From NCBI RefSeq assembly GCF_964194155.1, contig NC_135910.1, positions 7,192,001 to 7,256,000 on the forward strand: a stretch of 64,000 nt of DNA, read 5' to 3'. Shown here one piece after another: positions 61,515-64,000 of this stretch. Position 1 is the first letter of the stretch. Each line of letters starts with the position of its first letter. The stretch is from Cetorhinus maximus (Eukaryota). A program made the translations under genes and the position numbers. A model generated the notes under the pieces. The model made no database searches. It had not been told where the DNA came from and saw only the letters and a list, made by a program, of their open reading frames with translations.

Positions 61515-62853
61515 CTGGAGGACAACAGAGATATTTCGAGAAGAGCACAGCATTCGCTCCCTTCCCTCCTCCCCACCCCGCCCCATCTTCCAAATTTTAC
61601 ACGCGTATCCCGTTAGAGTTGGGATAAATTTGGCAACTAATAAAAGACGAAACCTGCATTCATCCACCAATTTCCACAACCCCAGGACTTCCCAAAACAC
61701 TTTTACAGCCAATGAAGTACTTTTGGAAGCATAAGCACTGCTGTACTGCAGGAAACACAGCAGCCAATTTGCGCACAGCAAGCCCCCACAAACAGCATTG
61801 TGGTAATGACCAGGTCATCCGTTCCTGGTACTGGTGGAGGGTTGAATGTTGGACAGGGCACTAGGAAGGTCTTGTGAGGTGGAGCTTCACTTCCCCCCCA
61901 TGCTCCCCACTCCTCTCCTGGTCAATGATACCCACCACACCACCCACCCCACCTCCCCCGCTCCAAACATCCCCTTCAAGGAGCCACTCATCACGTGCGA
62001 GTTATGCCAATGGGTTTTGGCAAATTTTCTACTAGGCATGGCATCATGGCAGTGACCAATCCAATGTACCCACCCGGACGCTATTCATAAGGTTGGTGAT
62101 CAGGAACTGGGCATAATTACCAAATGTCTCAAGCACTTTGCATCCAATGAGTGTAGTTACTGTTGTCATGCAGGAAACACGGCAGCCATTATGTGCACAG
62201 CAAGCTCCCACAAACAGCAATGTGATAATGACCAGGTTATCTGTTTGAGGTGATGTTGGACTGAGGGATAGGGCACTGGGGAGAACTCCCCCTGCATTTC
62301 TTCCAAATAGTGCCGTGGGGTCTCTGAGCTGGCAGATGGAGTCTCGGTTTAATGTCTCATCCGAGAGACGGCAAGTCCAACAGCGCAGCACTCCTTCGGT
62401 ACTGCACTGGCGGTGCCAGCCTGGACTACGTCCCCAAGCACCCGGAGAGGGGTTCGAACACAGAACCTTGCGACTCAGAGGTGAGAGGTGCTGCCAACTG
62501 AGGCAGGGCTAACCCTGGTCATATGGCGCGTTAGGCAACCCTTATTGCAAATATGGCCAAGATCAGGTAACACCGCACTGACCTAGGTTCCAAGCTGGGA
62601 GGTCCATGGTCAGCATAGCTGAGTACCACACTGGGGAGTGCACCAAACCATAGGAGCGGCAGTCTCACACTTAGTAATAAGCTCGCTGAGGTAGGCAGCA
62701 ATCTCATGCAGCAGAGTTAGGAGGCCCAAGGACCAAACATGGATATTCCTCCATTACCCTATAGCCCTAAACCTGCTATGATGGTGTTGGGGCGTTGGGG
62801 GTGGACAATCAACAACTATAATTTCATTAGCACACACATTTTATACACTTTAC

Positions 62854-62916
62854 CTGACAAGGTAGCAGATCTTCACACGGAGCTGATTGCGTTTTTCCCC
62901 AGACGCATCCCGGTAA
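62854..62916 (-). CDS. RASGRP4: RasGRP exon (63 bp), REM domain: YRDASGEKRNQLRVKICYLVR
   Basis: Matches the recalled RasGRP 'KICYFVR/QICHLVR' motif. Donor AG|GTAAAG. Acceptor is AC preceded by the U12 branch motif TCCTTAAC. Phase 2 joins the next exon. Not in the ORF track. Paralog assignment is tentative. Confidence 0.88.
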
Positions 62917-62934
62917 GTGGCTGGGAGTTAAGGA
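62917..62934 (-). promoter_or_regulatory. U12 (minor spliceosome) branch point and AC 3' splice site
   Basis: Minus strand reads TCCTTAAC-tcccagcc-AC|exon. Perfect U12 branch consensus close to the acceptor, with no polypyrimidine tract. Confidence 0.85.
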
Positions 62935-64000
62935 TCATTGAAGGAGGCTGGTCGGCCCATTGCCCTTATGCTGCTCACTCTTCCATCGCCGCTGACTTCT
63001 TTAATCCCTGTCCTTTCCTTGCATCCTCAAGTCTTCTTCATTTCCAAATGCTTTCTCAATACCCTTGGAGAACATGCGCTTGGCTCTGCCTCAGTAGTCA
63101 CACTGGTTATTGTGTAAACTTTCACGGCACAGAAGCAGGCCATTTGGCCCGACTGCTCCATGCAGTTATTATGCTCCATACTAGCCCACTTCAGCTAAAC
63201 CCCATCATCGTATCCTTCTTTCTCCCTCGTGTACTTATCTAGCTTTTCCATGGGCAGAATTTTCCATTCCAGAGACTCAGTCCACGAAAGTCTGAGTGAC
63301 TTCCACTGGACAGTGGGGCAGCTGAACATGTGAGAGGTTACGCCATTCAGCTCATTAGTTATGCAGCCGCGAGGAAACATTGAATCTTGTGGCAACGCTC
63401 CGCCATTACCTCATAGGCTCTAATGTCCCGGCGCCATCTTTAAACAGCGATAGGTCAGCCATTCCCTCTTCCACTCTGCTCCCGGCCTCCCCCACCCCTC
63501 CCCACCAAGTCCTGGCTCGATCCCACCCTCCCCATGCCCAGCCATGGCACAACCCGGGTCCGGTGTTAGCCCTGCCTCAGGCAGCAGGTATCCCTCAGTG
63601 ACCGTGTGGTGAAAGCAGCATCCACTGCCCGGAATGTCTACCTCGCCGGGTGCACGTCACTTAGGTACAGTTGCGAGACAGGATGCTCTAAATTCCCGCT
63701 GGCGGGGTGCTTAATTTGGAGGGGGGGTGGTGTGTTGGGCTTTTAATGACCATGAGATGCAAGTGGGATTTCCCGACATCGATCGGCAGGACACTCACCC
63801 TGCCTTTAACCCGCCACGAAAGTCGGGAGAACAAGATCCAAACTAATTTCCCGCCATCGGGAAACTGATTTTTGCCACCAAATCTTGCTCCCCCAGCCCG
63901 TCACGATTCCCGCTGCTGGTCATGTTCTAATAAGCTTGTTGCCTGCCTTGTTCTCCTCAGGAGGATACTGAATCTTTGTTATCACTGGCTAGTTGGTGAC

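Noticed and set aside
63955-63972. Possible U12 donor (GTATCCTC on the minus strand) for the upstream exon
   Set aside because: Not an ATATCCT donor matching the AC acceptor, and the adjacent sequence shows no RasGRP-like peptide.

Overview
Repeat-rich vertebrate intronic DNA, most likely a cartilaginous fish (shark), judging by its CR1/L2/Penelope/tRNA-SINE complement and a 69-bp satellite. One protein-coding gene spans almost the whole window on the minus strand: a Ras guanyl-releasing protein (RasGRP; RASGRP4-like, with several RASGRP1-like features). I traced 13 coding exons (62916 down to 77; 1867 nt) by hand, with consistent phases. They encode part of REM, the CDC25 GEF domain, the EF-hand region, C1 and a KSTQT-bearing tail. 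The intron upstream of the first visible exon ends like a U12 AT-AC minor intron. Nearly all other ORFs in the track are transposon remnants or noise. The most unusual intronic signals are: (i) two families of Penelope-like elements carrying minimal hammerhead-ribozyme motifs, often as palindromic insertions with 13-15 bp TSDs; (ii) Tx1-like LINE 3' ends stacked at one target site, one fused to a SINE head; (iii) an unclassified ~120-bp repeat-spacer-repeat element present three times; (iv) two inverted 69-bp satellite arrays bracketing an in-frame 7-exon block; (v) a LINE carrying a solo LTR, a captured gypsy RNase H fragment and a CR1. Exon, TSD and motif coordinates were hand-counted; repeat boundaries are approximate. 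Paralog comparisons are from memory, not alignments.
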